Source of the DNA: a virus
Strand: one strand, 5' to 3'
Length of the DNA stretch: 64,000 bases
IMG/VR virus record: IMGVR_UViG_3300020147_000001
Span: 2,724-66,723 of that record
The notes under the pieces are model-generated. The model did no database searches. It was not told the DNA's origin and saw nothing but the letters and a program-made list of their open reading frames with translations. Each line of letters starts with the position of its first letter. Position 1 is the first letter of the stretch. The position numbers and the translations under genes were made by a program. Below are positions 10,796-19,876 of the stretch, one piece after another.

Positions 10796-11817
10796 GTGCC
10801 CACCGCCTCGAGCTCGGGTGCTTGCGCCATACGCTTGCGCAAGTTCGAGGAGATCAAGCGGCTCATCACGGCCGGGTCTGGTTCGTCGAGACACTCACGG
10901 ATGGCGCCGTTGATCTCAGCCTGCTGGATGCGCTCGGCCTCGCGTTGCCACGCGGGCGGCTCCCATTGCTGGCGCGGAGCGCTCGCCTGTGGCTTCGGAG
11001 CACTGGGGGCGGCGCCAAGGAACTCCGGAGGGTTTGCCGCGGCCCACACGAGCGGATAGGCCCGCTGTGCGGCCCGTTCGCTGCCTAGCAGCCCGTCGCA
11101 TACCCGCTTGGCCAACGTGATCGCATCCGAACGCCAGTCTTCCTGTGAGCTAGCCAACAAACACCACTCAGCGAGCCGGCGCGCGGAGTTGCGGTCTGGC
11201 TTGGGCGTGAAGCCTGCGACCTGCTTTCCCTTGTCGCGCATGTAGTCGCAGATGCGCTCTGTGAGCTGACGGAGCTGGGCTTCTGGCGTGGGGCCTGGCT
11301 TGGGCAAGTCAGGCGGAGGCTCCGGAAGGGGAGGACGAAACGAGACCGGCTCTTCGGGTTTCGTCTCTGCCCTCTCGGGCTGATCACCCTCGGGGGGGGT
11401 CGCGCGCACGCGCGTCTCCCTCTCTTCTCTTTCTAATTTAATCTGATCTGTCGGATCGACATCGAGTGTTTCCGATGGTTTAGCTTGAGTTGGGAATGCC
11501 GAAGTGCCGACTTCGGTATTCCGATCGCAGTCCGATCGGATCTCAGTCGAGATCCGAACTTCGGATCCGAGGTCGATCAGGAACCCTTCGGCGAACAGTT
11601 TGTCGATCGCGCGCTGTGCGTTAACCCGGTCGCCTTTCTTAGGCGCGTCGAGATCGCGCACGATGTGCGCGCGTCGGATGTTCAGCACACCGCCATCAGA
11701 CTGACGCCATAGCTCTCCCATGATCAGACGTGGGTAGAGATCCAGATCGCGCCAAGCCAAAGGCATAACCGCATGCGCTGGCTTAAACGGATACCCCACC
11801 TTATTGCGTAGGCTCAT
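10792..11817 (-). CDS. putative phage replication initiator / replisome organizer
   Basis: N-terminal wHTH-like segment, charged EREERETRVRA linker, internal short DNA repeats, position downstream of the XRE gene. Confidence 0.6.
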   Translation of the reverse strand: MSLRNKVGYPFKPAHAVMPLAWRDLDLYPRLIMGELWRQSDGGVLNIRRAHIVRDLDAPKKGDRVNAQRAIDKLFAEGFLIDLGSEVRISTEIRSDCDRNTEVGTSAFPTQAKPSETLDVDPTDQIKLEREERETRVRATPPEGDQPERAETKPEEPVSFRPPLPEPPPDLPKPGPTPEAQLRQLTERICDYMRDKGKQVAGFTPKPDRNSARRLAEWCLLASSQEDWRSDAITLAKRVCDGLLGSERAAQRAYPLVWAAANPPEFLGAAPSAPKPQASAPRQQWEPPAWQREAERIQQAEINGAIRECLDEPDPAVMSRLISSNLRKRMAQAPELEAVGT

Positions 11818-12327
11818 TGCGCACCGCCAAGCCGCGCGCTTGCATGTAGGGAAACTCCGGTGTACGACACCCTTGAAGAAAGCATTTCAGTCTCCATATT
11901 GGGCGCTGAGCCGGGACAAGCCGACGCCCTGTTTGTTGTGACGGATTGAGAAAGCACAGACGGCTGTGGGCCGTCTGTGACTTGGTTGCTGGAACCCAGC
12001 GGCTGAACAACTGTTTTGCTCGCTGACACATCGTGGGTAAGTGGCTTGTCGGGGTGCTGCCTGACAAGCCACGCGTTCTTTCGACGAAGACAAAAAGTCA
12101 TTCAATCCTCCTATTGCGTGGGTGGGTTGGTGAGACAGACCGCAAAAACGACACCGCCGCCGTCAGCTGCACAGGCTCTAGTAGGGGTACTCAGAGCGCA
12201 GAAGACGGCGGCGTAGTCGTAACCGAGAGCAAACAGCGCGCGGGGGACTCCGCGACAGGGCTGAGAGCGCTCAGCGCAAATTGCAGGGGGATGCAAGTTG
12301 CGGTCAGTGCCTCGGCCCCGAATGACT

Positions 12328-12639
12328 TCATGCGGTCCTCTTAGGACGGTCCCAGCTGTCAGCCGGCACGAAGCATAGCGCCTCGAACGCCTTTCGTAGA
12401 GGCATTCCTGGCGTCTGCAGACCATTAAGCACACGTGACACACTTGCCTGCGAGTGGTTGAGCCGCACCGACAAGTCATCCAAACTTCGGATGCCGAAGA
12501 GCCGCATGTAGGACAACACGGCCACAACGGGGTCGAGTGTAGGTGCGACTTCCTTGAACACCGTTCGGCCGGTCGCGCAGTCGCGACACACCTTGTCCAC
12601 GTAAGGCTTGTATTTGTGCTGGATCAGTACCCTCGTCAT
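12328..12639 (-). CDS. XRE/Cro-like HTH regulator with an N-terminal CxxC
   Basis: SLDDLSVRLNHSQASVSRVLNGLQTP HTH signature. Confidence 0.7.
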   Translation of the reverse strand: MTRVLIQHKYKPYVDKVCRDCATGRTVFKEVAPTLDPVVAVLSYMRLFGIRSLDDLSVRLNHSQASVSRVLNGLQTPGMPLRKAFEALCFVPADSWDRPKRTA

Positions 12640-12719
12640 GCCTGGACACGTAACATTTCATCCCCAACGATGCAAGGGGGCCCTTGGCGTTTTCGGAGTG
12701 AATGTGCGCCGTGTCGGAT

Positions 12720-12780
12720 ATCGATATTTGAAATAAAATAACGATCGAACGTTGACACGATCGATATTTGACGCCATGTT
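12720..12780 (+). promoter_or_regulatory. divergent control region: promoter with two 12-bp direct repeats
   Basis: ATCGATATTTGA at 12720-12731 and 12760-12771; TTGACA(12752)-N17-CATGTT(12775). Confidence 0.6.
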
Positions 12781-12786
12781 TCGTTC

Positions 12787-13107
12787 ATGACCGGGACGAA
12801 AACTGATCTTCAGACGAAGTGGAGCGAGACGCGGCGCGTTGTGGGCACGCTCTTGATGAAGCGGTCCAACACGCTGCGCCCCATGTTGGCGCTGGGGCGC
12901 CACAACCGCGCGGCTGTGGCGCAGCGCGGGATACAGCCGATCTACGCGCATCCTTTGGAGCGCTCGCAGTTCGAGGCATCGATGCGAGCGGTCGCGTTTT
13001 TCGATGCGCTCGAGGCGCTTCGGCACGCGGCTGTGGCTTTGGGCGAGTCGATCGATACCGTCGAGGTGTTGGTCAACGAGGAGGACGATGTTGACCAGAA
13101 CGCCTGA
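12787..13107 (+). CDS. hypothetical protein
   Basis: First ORF after the promoter. Confidence 0.55.
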   Translation: MTGTKTDLQTKWSETRRVVGTLLMKRSNTLRPMLALGRHNRAAVAQRGIQPIYAHPLERSQFEASMRAVAFFDALEALRHAAVALGESIDTVEVLVNEEDDVDQNA

Positions 13108-13392
13108 TGACGACGTGTCCGACTTCTACGCCGGCTTTGAAGGCTGGCTGAAATGGGCGGGCATTGAGCAACTCGAAAAGGCCTACGAGGCCATCGGCGT
13201 TGCCATCGCGATGGCTACCGACGAGGCCAAGCGCGCTGCCAAGGCGAAGGAGCTCGAGGCCAAACAAGGCGAGGCGCTCATGAAGCGGCTCGGCATCAGC
13301 CAGCCCACCAAAGCGCGCAAAACGCGCAAGGATAAGGGCCTCAAACGCGTCGTGATTCCTGTTCCAGAACCCCTACCCGACCAGGTGACCGA

Positions 13393-14655
13393 ATGACCGC
13401 CCTCGCCCGCACCGAAGCCGCCGCAGTCGTTGTGCACCAGCCCACCCACGCCGAGACGTGGAACAACGAGCGGCGCTCCATGATCCGCCGCGTGTATGCG
13501 CCCAAGGCGACCGACGATGAGTTTCGCGCGTTTGAAGCGGCGTGCGCGCGCACCAACCTCTCGCCCGAGACGCGTCAGATCTTCGCGATCGCGCGTTGGG
13601 ACAGCATGAAGGGCGCCGAGGTCACCTCGATCCAAGTCAGCATCGACGGCCTTCGCCTGATCGCTGAGCGTACCGGACGCTACGCCGGCCAAACACCGAC
13701 GCAATGGTGCGGCAAGGATGGCAAGTGGGTGGATATCTGGCTCGAAGACGCGCCGCCGTTCGCGGCACGCGTAGGCGTGCTCAAGGTTGGCTTCGCCGAG
13801 CCGCTCTATCGTGTCGCGAAATACAGCGCGTTCGTGCAGCTCAAGCAAAACAAGCAGCCGACAGCCATGTGGTTCAAGATGGCCGACCACATGCTCGCGA
13901 AGTGCGCCGAAGCGCTCGCGCTGCGCGCGGCCTTCCCACAAGAGTGCTCCGGCCTCTTCACGATCGAGGAGATGGGCCAGGCCGAGAACGACCGCCAGCC
14001 GCCGCCGCCGCAAGTTCAGGCAACCGTGGTCGAACCGGAAGTCAAACAGCTCGCCCAGAGCAACCAGCCCCCCGACATGCTCGCGCCGCAGCACGAAAAG
14101 CCTGCGCCGGCGATCTTCTCGAAGAAGCACCCGCGCTACCGCGAGGATGAGCGCGGCAAGCCCTGCGCGCTCGTCTCCGAGCTCAGCGACGAGGAGCTCT
14201 ACAAGTGGGGCCGCGGGCTCAGCATCATGCTCGAGGGCTACACGGCCAAGGGCGACGAGAAGAACGTTGCTATCTACACCCGCGAACTCGGGTGGGTGAA
14301 GGACTACGCCGCCACGCGCGGCATCACCGATTTTTCCGAGAGGAAAGAGGATCGCAACGCGCAGCTGCAGGCAGCGATCGGCCCGAAGCCTGAACCGAAG
14401 CCTGAGCCCGAGAACGTCGGCAAGTACGAGTACAGCGACGAGATGTACCTGTGCGTAGATCCGAAGACCAATGCAGACGATCTCGATATCCGCACGTGGA
14501 CCAACATCGAGAGCCTCGTGGAGTATGAGATCTGGCTGCAGAAGTTCTTCATCGAGCCCACGCAAACCACGCGGATTGCGCTTGTGCAGGCGCGCACCAA
14601 GCAGCTCGTCGACGAAGAAGCGAAGCTCGCCGAGCAAGCGCTCAGCGTGCAGTAA
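13393..14655 (+). CDS. bet: Bet/RecT-family single-strand annealing recombinase
   Basis: QVSIDGLRLIAERTGRYAG and MLAKCAEALALRAAFP motifs. Confidence 0.9.
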   Translation: MTALARTEAAAVVVHQPTHAETWNNERRSMIRRVYAPKATDDEFRAFEAACARTNLSPETRQIFAIARWDSMKGAEVTSIQVSIDGLRLIAERTGRYAGQTPTQWCGKDGKWVDIWLEDAPPFAARVGVLKVGFAEPLYRVAKYSAFVQLKQNKQPTAMWFKMADHMLAKCAEALALRAAFPQECSGLFTIEEMGQAENDRQPPPPQVQATVVEPEVKQLAQSNQPPDMLAPQHEKPAPAIFSKKHPRYREDERGKPCALVSELSDEELYKWGRGLSIMLEGYTAKGDEKNVAIYTRELGWVKDYAATRGITDFSERKEDRNAQLQAAIGPKPEPKPEPENVGKYEYSDEMYLCVDPKTNADDLDIRTWTNIESLVEYEIWLQKFFIEPTQTTRIALVQARTKQLVDEEAKLAEQALSVQ

Positions 14656-14661
14656 CCACCT

Positions 14662-14737
14662 ACGTCAGTAGCTCAGTTGGTAGAGCACCGGATTCCAAAT
14701 CCGGCGGCCGGCGGTTCGAGTCCGCCCTGACGTGCCA
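14662..14737 (+). tRNA. tRNA-Trp (CCA)
   Basis: Full cloverleaf: acgtcag/ctgacgt acceptor stem, ccgga-TTCCAAA-tccgg anticodon arm, GGTTCGAGTCC T arm, encoded CCA. Confidence 0.95.
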
Positions 14738-14775
14738 CCCGTTGTGAAACCCCTACCACAAAGGACACGCTAGAC

Positions 14776-15402
14776 ATGACCACGCAAGCCATGAACAACG
14801 CTCCCGCTCCTGCCCCCGCACTGAAGCCCAAGCGCACGCTCGCTGCGATCATCGACGACTACATCAACGAGCTGAACGCGAGTGAGGGCGAGGTGACGCT
14901 CGAGCTCGACGAGCTCGACGGCGAGATCGACGAAAAGGCCCTCGCCTACCAGTACGCCGCCAAGAAGATCAAGGCGGCGATCAAGGGCCAGGAAGCCCAG
15001 GCCGACTACTTCAAGAAGCAGGCGAAGAAGCACGCCGACCGCGCCGATTCCCTCAACAGGGGCTACGAGCGCATGCGGGAGCGCCTCGCCGAGGGCATGC
15101 GGGTCTCGCGCAAGACGGAGATCCCCACCGTGGTTGGCAAGATCTACTTCCAGGACTTCCCGACTGTGCGGCTCCCGCCCGACTGGGCCAGAGAGGCTTA
15201 CGAAGCCCGCGACGACTACCAGCGCTATGTAAACAAGAAGGTTGTGTTCGAGCCCAAGAAGACCGTCATGCTCGACGACTTCAAAAAGCACCTCGCCGAC
15301 TTCAGGACAGCGCTGCCCGAGGACCAGGCGTGGGCCGCGGCCATCGAGCAAATGCCAGAAGGCTTCAGCGTCGATCGAAACACCAAGCTCTGCGGACTCT
15401 GA
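14776..15402 (+). CDS. Siphovirus Gp157-family protein
   Basis: LDELDGEIDEKALAY plus coiled coil; typical position next to the recombinase. Confidence 0.7.
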   Translation: MTTQAMNNAPAPAPALKPKRTLAAIIDDYINELNASEGEVTLELDELDGEIDEKALAYQYAAKKIKAAIKGQEAQADYFKKQAKKHADRADSLNRGYERMRERLAEGMRVSRKTEIPTVVGKIYFQDFPTVRLPPDWAREAYEARDDYQRYVNKKVVFEPKKTVMLDDFKKHLADFRTALPEDQAWAAAIEQMPEGFSVDRNTKLCGL

Positions 15403-15759
15403 GTGCTTGTGCGCGTCGTCGCACCCTACTTCGTAGCCGGTTTTGTGATCGAGGCCGGCTACGTCGTAGAGGCCGCGCCCATCATTCGCTACATGCAGTG
15501 GCGGAAGTGGACGGCTGAGCGCGCTCGCGCGTACATTGCGAAGCGCGGCTGGCGCGCAACGATCGTGAAAGGACACGCCCCATGTCCGTAGACAAAAACG
15601 ACTTCGACGAGCAGCTCGAACTCGCTGCGATTCGCGAAATGCGCAAGCACGACGACCACGGGCCGATCCAAGAGATCGTGCTGGGCGTTCTGCTGCTGGT
15701 GATATCGATATGTGTCGCCGTGATGTCGAGCTAACACCCACGCTTGGAGACAGACCTGC

Positions 15760-16488
15760 ATGGAAAAGAAAAACGGGATCGCAACGCTTGGAGAGCTGCA
15801 CAACAACCGCGACAAGGTGTCTGGGCTCGTCGACCTGCACACGACCAGGTCACAGCTCGAACGCTGGAAGCAGCAGGCGTCCGACGAGAAGAACGCCAAG
15901 GCTGAGCTTGGAGAGGTCCTCGGCAAGATCAACCGCATGGTGGGCGGCAACGGCTGGAAGGACCCCAACGAGGTCATCGCCGCGGTTGCGGAGAGGCTCA
16001 AGAGCGCACCGGAGATGGAGACGCGAGTCATCATGGCTGGGCGCGTGGAGCAGGAGCTGAAGGCCAACCTGGAGCTCGAACGCAAGCGCCTGACAGACGC
16101 GCAGGAACAAGCGCGCACTGCGCTCACTAAGCTCCATGCGGAGCAGATCGACCACAACAAGCTCAAGGAGCGGTTCCAGGCGCAGCAGGAAGAGCTCAAC
16201 CGCATGGGCTCCATGCAAGTCGCTGCGCCCAAGGACATGACCGACGAAGAGCGCGAGGCGCTCCTGAACGTGATCCAGATGAATCGCGAGGATCACGAAA
16301 AGACGCTGCGCGAGACGATGCAAGCTGCGGCCAACGCAGCTGACGAAGTGCGCAAGGCCGAGCTGCCGATGATGGCCGGCAGTCGCTCGATCAACTACTT
16401 CAACCGCGGTCTGCTGCTTGGCGCTGCCGCAGTTGAAACTGCGGTCGCCCGCGTAATCCAAGGGATCAAGCCCTCGGAGCCGGGATGA
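15760..16488 (+). CDS. coiled-coil hypothetical protein
   Basis: 242-aa E/K/Q-rich ORF. Confidence 0.7.
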   Translation: MEKKNGIATLGELHNNRDKVSGLVDLHTTRSQLERWKQQASDEKNAKAELGEVLGKINRMVGGNGWKDPNEVIAAVAERLKSAPEMETRVIMAGRVEQELKANLELERKRLTDAQEQARTALTKLHAEQIDHNKLKERFQAQQEELNRMGSMQVAAPKDMTDEEREALLNVIQMNREDHEKTLRETMQAAANAADEVRKAELPMMAGSRSINYFNRGLLLGAAAVETAVARVIQGIKPSEPG

Positions 16489-16836
16489 CGCCGTCGCACG
16501 AATTGCCGTACGCACCTAACCTCCGGATGCGTCACTCACGCTGCGGAACCTGCGGGCACTTCTACGCGTCCGAGCTACCGGAGGCAGGGCTAGACTTATG
16601 GTGTCCACGATGTGCTTACAAGGCAGTCGAGGAGCTGACCCAGAAGCTGGCGGCGGCGGGCGATGCGCTGCGTGTGGCGGAGCAGCGCATCAAGCAACCG
16701 GCTGCGCCTGGAGTAAAGCGACGCTCGTCTGCGGGCCGTGCGCGCGCTCGTTCTGGGCGTGGGTGAGAAACCATACTCGGGCGCGCAAGGGCCGCCCGAG
16801 TTTCTACGATGCAGCCCTGAAGAAAGATGGTGACTA

Positions 16837-17274
16837 ATGGCTGAGGGACTCAATCGCGTCATATTGATCGGCAACCTCGGGCAAGACCCTGAGCTCCGGT
16901 TCACACAGAGCAACCAGGGCGTGCTGTCGATCCGCATGGCGACGACCGAAAGCTACTTCGACAAGGAGTCGAAGGAGAAAAAGGAGACCACCGAGTGGCA
17001 TTCGGTGATCGTGTGGGGAAAGCGCGGTGAAGCGCTGAACAAGATCCTGTCGAAAGGCAGCCGCGTTGCGATCGAGGGCAAGCTCAAGACGCGCAGCTGG
17101 GACGACAAGAACGGCGGAGGCAAACGCTACGCCACAGAGATCGTCGCGCAGAACGTCATCCTGCTTGGCGGTCGCGGCGAAGGTCGCAGCGCTGGGAGTG
17201 AAGAACCCGCGGGCGGATCCCCGCATGACGGGTACGCCGGCGACGCGCCGGTCGACGACGACATTCCGTTTTGA
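16837..17274 (+). CDS. ssb: single-stranded DNA-binding protein
   Basis: LNRVILIGNLGQDPELR, TEWH, C-terminal DDDIPF. Confidence 0.97.
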   Translation: MAEGLNRVILIGNLGQDPELRFTQSNQGVLSIRMATTESYFDKESKEKKETTEWHSVIVWGKRGEALNKILSKGSRVAIEGKLKTRSWDDKNGGGKRYATEIVAQNVILLGGRGEGRSAGSEEPAGGSPHDGYAGDAPVDDDIPF

Positions 17275-17283
17275 GAAAGCGAT

Positions 17284-17311
17284 TTGACTTTCTCGAACAC
17301 GACCCTATCTT
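17284..17311 (+). promoter_or_regulatory. putative promoter for terD
   Basis: TTGACT-N16-TATCTT. Confidence 0.45.
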
Positions 17312-17355
17312 AGCTTCGCTTTTGGACACGCAACCTACTACCGGGATTGAAACAC

Positions 17356-17925
17356 ATGACTGATTTTCAGATTGTCGAAAAGGGCGAGACGCTCGAGATC
17401 AAAAACAAGCAGGGCAAGTCGATCGCTGAGGTGTACATCGGCGCTGGGTGGGACTTCACCGGCCAACCTGTGGATCTGGATCTCGTGGCCGCTTGTCTCG
17501 ACAAGCACGGTAAGCTCACCAAGCAGACGCGCTTGGTGTACTTCGGCGACCGCAATGAGCCAGGCATCCAGCTGTCGGAAGACAACCGCTCCGGAAAGGG
17601 CGATGGAGACGACGAAAGCCTCGTGCTCAAGCTTGCTGATGTCGAAGCTGACGTGCACACGATTGCCTTTGGCATCGTGGCCTACGCTGGCGCCGATCTC
17701 TCCAGCGCGGCGAACGTTCACTTCCGCGTAGTGGAAGGCCTCCGGGAGAGCGGCGATCAGCTGCTCGACGTGCCCGTGACCAAGGCGACTGCCGGCCAAA
17801 CCGTGCTGCACGCCGGCAACCTGGTTCGCGGCGAGAACGGCTGGAGCGTTGAAAACGTCAGCCGTTTTGAGGCGGCTGGCAACGGCAGCGACGCCATCAA
17901 CGGCTTCGCGAAGCTCTTCCGCTAA
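17356..17925 (+). CDS. terD: TerD-family stress protein
   Basis: GAGWD...DLDL and SEDNRSGKGDGDDE Ca-binding motif. Confidence 0.9.
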   Translation: MTDFQIVEKGETLEIKNKQGKSIAEVYIGAGWDFTGQPVDLDLVAACLDKHGKLTKQTRLVYFGDRNEPGIQLSEDNRSGKGDGDDESLVLKLADVEADVHTIAFGIVAYAGADLSSAANVHFRVVEGLRESGDQLLDVPVTKATAGQTVLHAGNLVRGENGWSVENVSRFEAAGNGSDAINGFAKLFR

Positions 17926-17949
17926 ACCAACAGATCACACGTAAGAACA

Positions 17950-17990
17950 GGCCCCGGTGTTGGGAACGCAGCACCGGGGCCGCTTTTTGT
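17950..17990 (+). terminator. intrinsic terminator between terD and terC
   Basis: 13-bp stem ggccccggtgttg/cagcaccggggcc followed by a T tract. Confidence 0.75.
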
Positions 17991-18017
17991 CCGGCACCTC
18001 TACCCCAAGGACCGCCA

Positions 18018-18569
18018 ATGTTTGAACTACTGCAACTGATCTGGATCGTGCTCGTGGACGCGGCTCTAAGTCTCGACAACGCCCTATTGATCTCCACCGT
18101 CGCGAACGACGTGAAGGAAGAAGACCGCGACAAGGTGAAGCTGTACGGCATCGCCGGCGCTGTGATCGCGCGGCTCGTGCTCGCATTCTTCGCTGGGTTT
18201 CTGCTCAAGTTCACGGCGTTCACGCTCGTCGGCGGCGCCTATCTCGTGTGGGTCGCCTGGAACATGTGGCGCAAGCACGACAGAAAGCAGGAGCTCGGCG
18301 GCGCCGGGTTCTTCGGCCCGATCGCGCAAGTGATCATCGCCGATGTGATGATGAGCGGAGACAACGTGCTCGCGATCGCGCACACCGCGCGCGGCAACGG
18401 CTGGCTCATGGTGTTTGGGATCGTGCTGTCGATCGCGCTGATGTTCGTCGCGACGAAGTGGATCAGCCTCGCGCTCGAGAAGTGGCCGCGACTCTTCTAC
18501 GGCGCATGCGGCATCGTCGCCGCGACCGGCCTGCACATGGTCTGGGCTGGCGCGTTCACGCGCGTCTAA
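18018..18569 (+). CDS. terC: TerC/YjbE-family membrane protein
   Basis: Duplicated DxxLSxDN motifs (DAALSLDNA, DVMMSGDNVLAI); multiple TM helices. Confidence 0.9.
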   Translation: MFELLQLIWIVLVDAALSLDNALLISTVANDVKEEDRDKVKLYGIAGAVIARLVLAFFAGFLLKFTAFTLVGGAYLVWVAWNMWRKHDRKQELGGAGFFGPIAQVIIADVMMSGDNVLAIAHTARGNGWLMVFGIVLSIALMFVATKWISLALEKWPRLFYGACGIVAATGLHMVWAGAFTRV

Positions 18570-19146
18570 CCAAGCGTGATGCCGCTCAGCTGGATCGCTT
18601 CGAGCAGCACACGCGCAGACACTTCGGCGCTGCCCGTCGAGGTTCGCCAGAGCGCGACCTGCTCCGCAGACCACGTCAGGTGGCTGTGGAGCAGCAGCGC
18701 GCAGCGCAGCAGGTTGCGGTGACGCACTGCCCGCGGACCGCGCGGATCAACATACGTGATCGCGTCGCCAGTCCAATCGCCGGGGTCAAGCGATCGTACA
18801 TCTGACTCCATGGCCCCACCCTAGCACAGGGCTCAGACGCCGCCAGGGAGCTTGTGACGCTGTAACGGCTTGTTATCGACAGGGGTATCCCTGACGTGGG
18901 TCACCGCCATCAGCTGTGCTTGGGCGCGTCCTGTTTTGGGCACGGGGAGCAGCGCTGCCTTGGTCTCGGTGGCATTGCGCGCGCCTTCGAGTGCGGCGCC
19001 GCGCACAGCGACGCCGATCCAGTGACGGAGCTCGTCCATCACCTCCGGCGTCATCCGTGCGCGCGCGTTCTCGGCAAAGAGCGTGGCCGCGTGCACGGTG
19101 AGGCTGTCTGCAATGCCTTGCAGCCGCTCGCTCAGCTCTTCGCTGC

Positions 19147-19428
19147 TCATCTACGCCTCCGTCTTACTGTTACGGCTCCGACATGATCCTCGACTCGGTT
19201 GAGCCGGAGCTCGATCTCGTGCAGGCGTTCAACCTCGTGGGGATCGCCGCGCTCGAGCGTGTTGATGCGGTCGCGCAGCGCGGACACTTCGTCCGAGAGT
19301 CGTACGAGGTGCGTAAGCTGATTGGCTTGCCGCTCCTCAATGACGACGAACCGTGTCCACACCGCCGCCGCAGCCCCGAGCACAGCCAGCCCAACCGAGG
19401 CGTACTGAGCCAAGGGGCTGTCGGCCAT
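19147..19428 (-). CDS. membrane-anchored coiled-coil protein
   Basis: N-terminal TM helix followed by a coiled coil. Confidence 0.55.
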   Translation of the reverse strand: MADSPLAQYASVGLAVLGAAAAVWTRFVVIEERQANQLTHLVRLSDEVSALRDRINTLERGDPHEVERLHEIELRLNRVEDHVGAVTVRRRRR

Positions 19429-19435
19429 GGTTCAC

Positions 19436-19708
19436 CTACTTCGCTACCGGACCCTCCGACTTGGGCTCAGCCGCAGCCTTCAGCTGCGCTCCGACCACAT
19501 CCTTGATGCTGAAGTCACCAAAGAGTGCGCCGGTGCGGGCGTAGCCGATCGCCAGCGTACCCACGGCCAAAAGCACCTTGGACACCATCGGCGACAAGAT
19601 ACCCAGCGCGGGGATTCCAGCCAGGGTTAGGGCATCGTCAAACTCGCTCACCGCGATCAGCGTGGCGCCGATCGCATAGAACGCAGCGCGCAAAGCCTCG
19701 GGAGACAT
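19436..19708 (-). CDS. putative holin
   Basis: 90 aa with 2-3 hydrophobic segments and a charged C-terminus, at the end of the virion operon. Confidence 0.45.
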   Translation of the reverse strand: MSPEALRAAFYAIGATLIAVSEFDDALTLAGIPALGILSPMVSKVLLAVGTLAIGYARTGALFGDFSIKDVVGAQLKAAAEPKSEGPVAK

Positions 19709-19876
19709 CGTCCTACTGCTACTACTTCTACTGCCGGAGCTTGCGAGGTTGCCGAAACCGCTCGGGCACCCTCGCCGCTCTTGGCGGCAATGAAGATATT
19801 ATGCCGCAGCTCAGAGCGGCACGCTAGAGCGACAAACGGATCGCTCGGTGTGACACCTACAGCTGACAATCCAAGA

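Noticed and set aside
17926-18017. yybP-ykoY riboswitch upstream of terC
   Set aside because: The space is too short and lacks the aptamer motifs; only a terminator is visible.
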